A DNA stretch of 64,000 nucleotides from NCBI GenBank assembly GCA_964106915.2, contig OZ066923.1. One strand, given 5' to 3'. Within the stretch, counting starts at the first letter, position 1. Each line of letters opens with the position of its first letter. Source of the stretch: Podarcis gaigeae (taxonomy: Eukaryota). The notes beneath the pieces were generated by a model, which saw only the letters and a program-made list of their open reading frames with translations, was not told the origin of the DNA and did no database searches. A program made the position numbers and the translations under genes. Below, one piece after another: positions 63,676-64,000 of the stretch.

Positions 63676-64000
63676 CTAAAATAATAAATCACCATTACTG
63701 AACAGTTTACAAAGAACTAATAAGAAGTTCGTGAAAAATCTTACTGCTTACTCTACATTGGAATCCACAATCTTGGAATGCTTCTGATACAACATTTAGG
63801 ATATATATTTGAATCCTAGACATTCATTAAAATGCTTGAATATTATTAACCCTTGTACTGACTAGTTATACATTTGATTCTTTAAACACAATTGTCCTAT
63901 ACTTTGCACACATTTGTAGGCCACATTAACCAATGCTGACAGACAGGGAGTAAATAATTATTTCTTACTTTGTATTTTATCTTTAGTAGGTTATAATTGA

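Noticed and set aside
1-64000. A novel prokaryote-style system (CRISPR array, operon, defence island) or foreign insert
   Set aside because: The sequence is uniformly vertebrate intron/exon DNA. There is no regularly spaced repeat-spacer array, no long intronless ORF (longest 157 aa), and no compositional anomaly other than the CpG island.

Overview
Eukaryotic DNA from a squamate reptile, most likely a lacertid lizard, judged from its SINE content (Sauria/Squam1-, Squam2- and Squam3-like elements). It holds two spliced genes in tandem on the minus strand. The first is the 3' part of CFAP54: 18 coding exons at 63675->45865, about 844 C-terminal residues. The second is the complete coding region of NEDD1/GCP-WD: 14 coding exons at 38813->15656, 1989 nt, 662 aa, with a CpG-island promoter at ~41.3-42.1 kb. 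I traced all exon boundaries by hand and the reading phases are consistent across every junction. The rest is intronic or intergenic sequence with many transposons: pogo/Tigger-like MITEs, hAT MITEs, SINEs, L2/CR1/BovB fragments and a solo LTR. I found no convincing novel biological system. The most interesting observations are a U12 (minor spliceosome) intron in NEDD1, apparent absence of the Cdk1-T550/Plk1 phospho-module known from human NEDD1, several unusual splice acceptors, and small-scale transposon events (nested insertion, possible excision footprint). Comparisons with human proteins use recalled sequences and should be confirmed by alignment.
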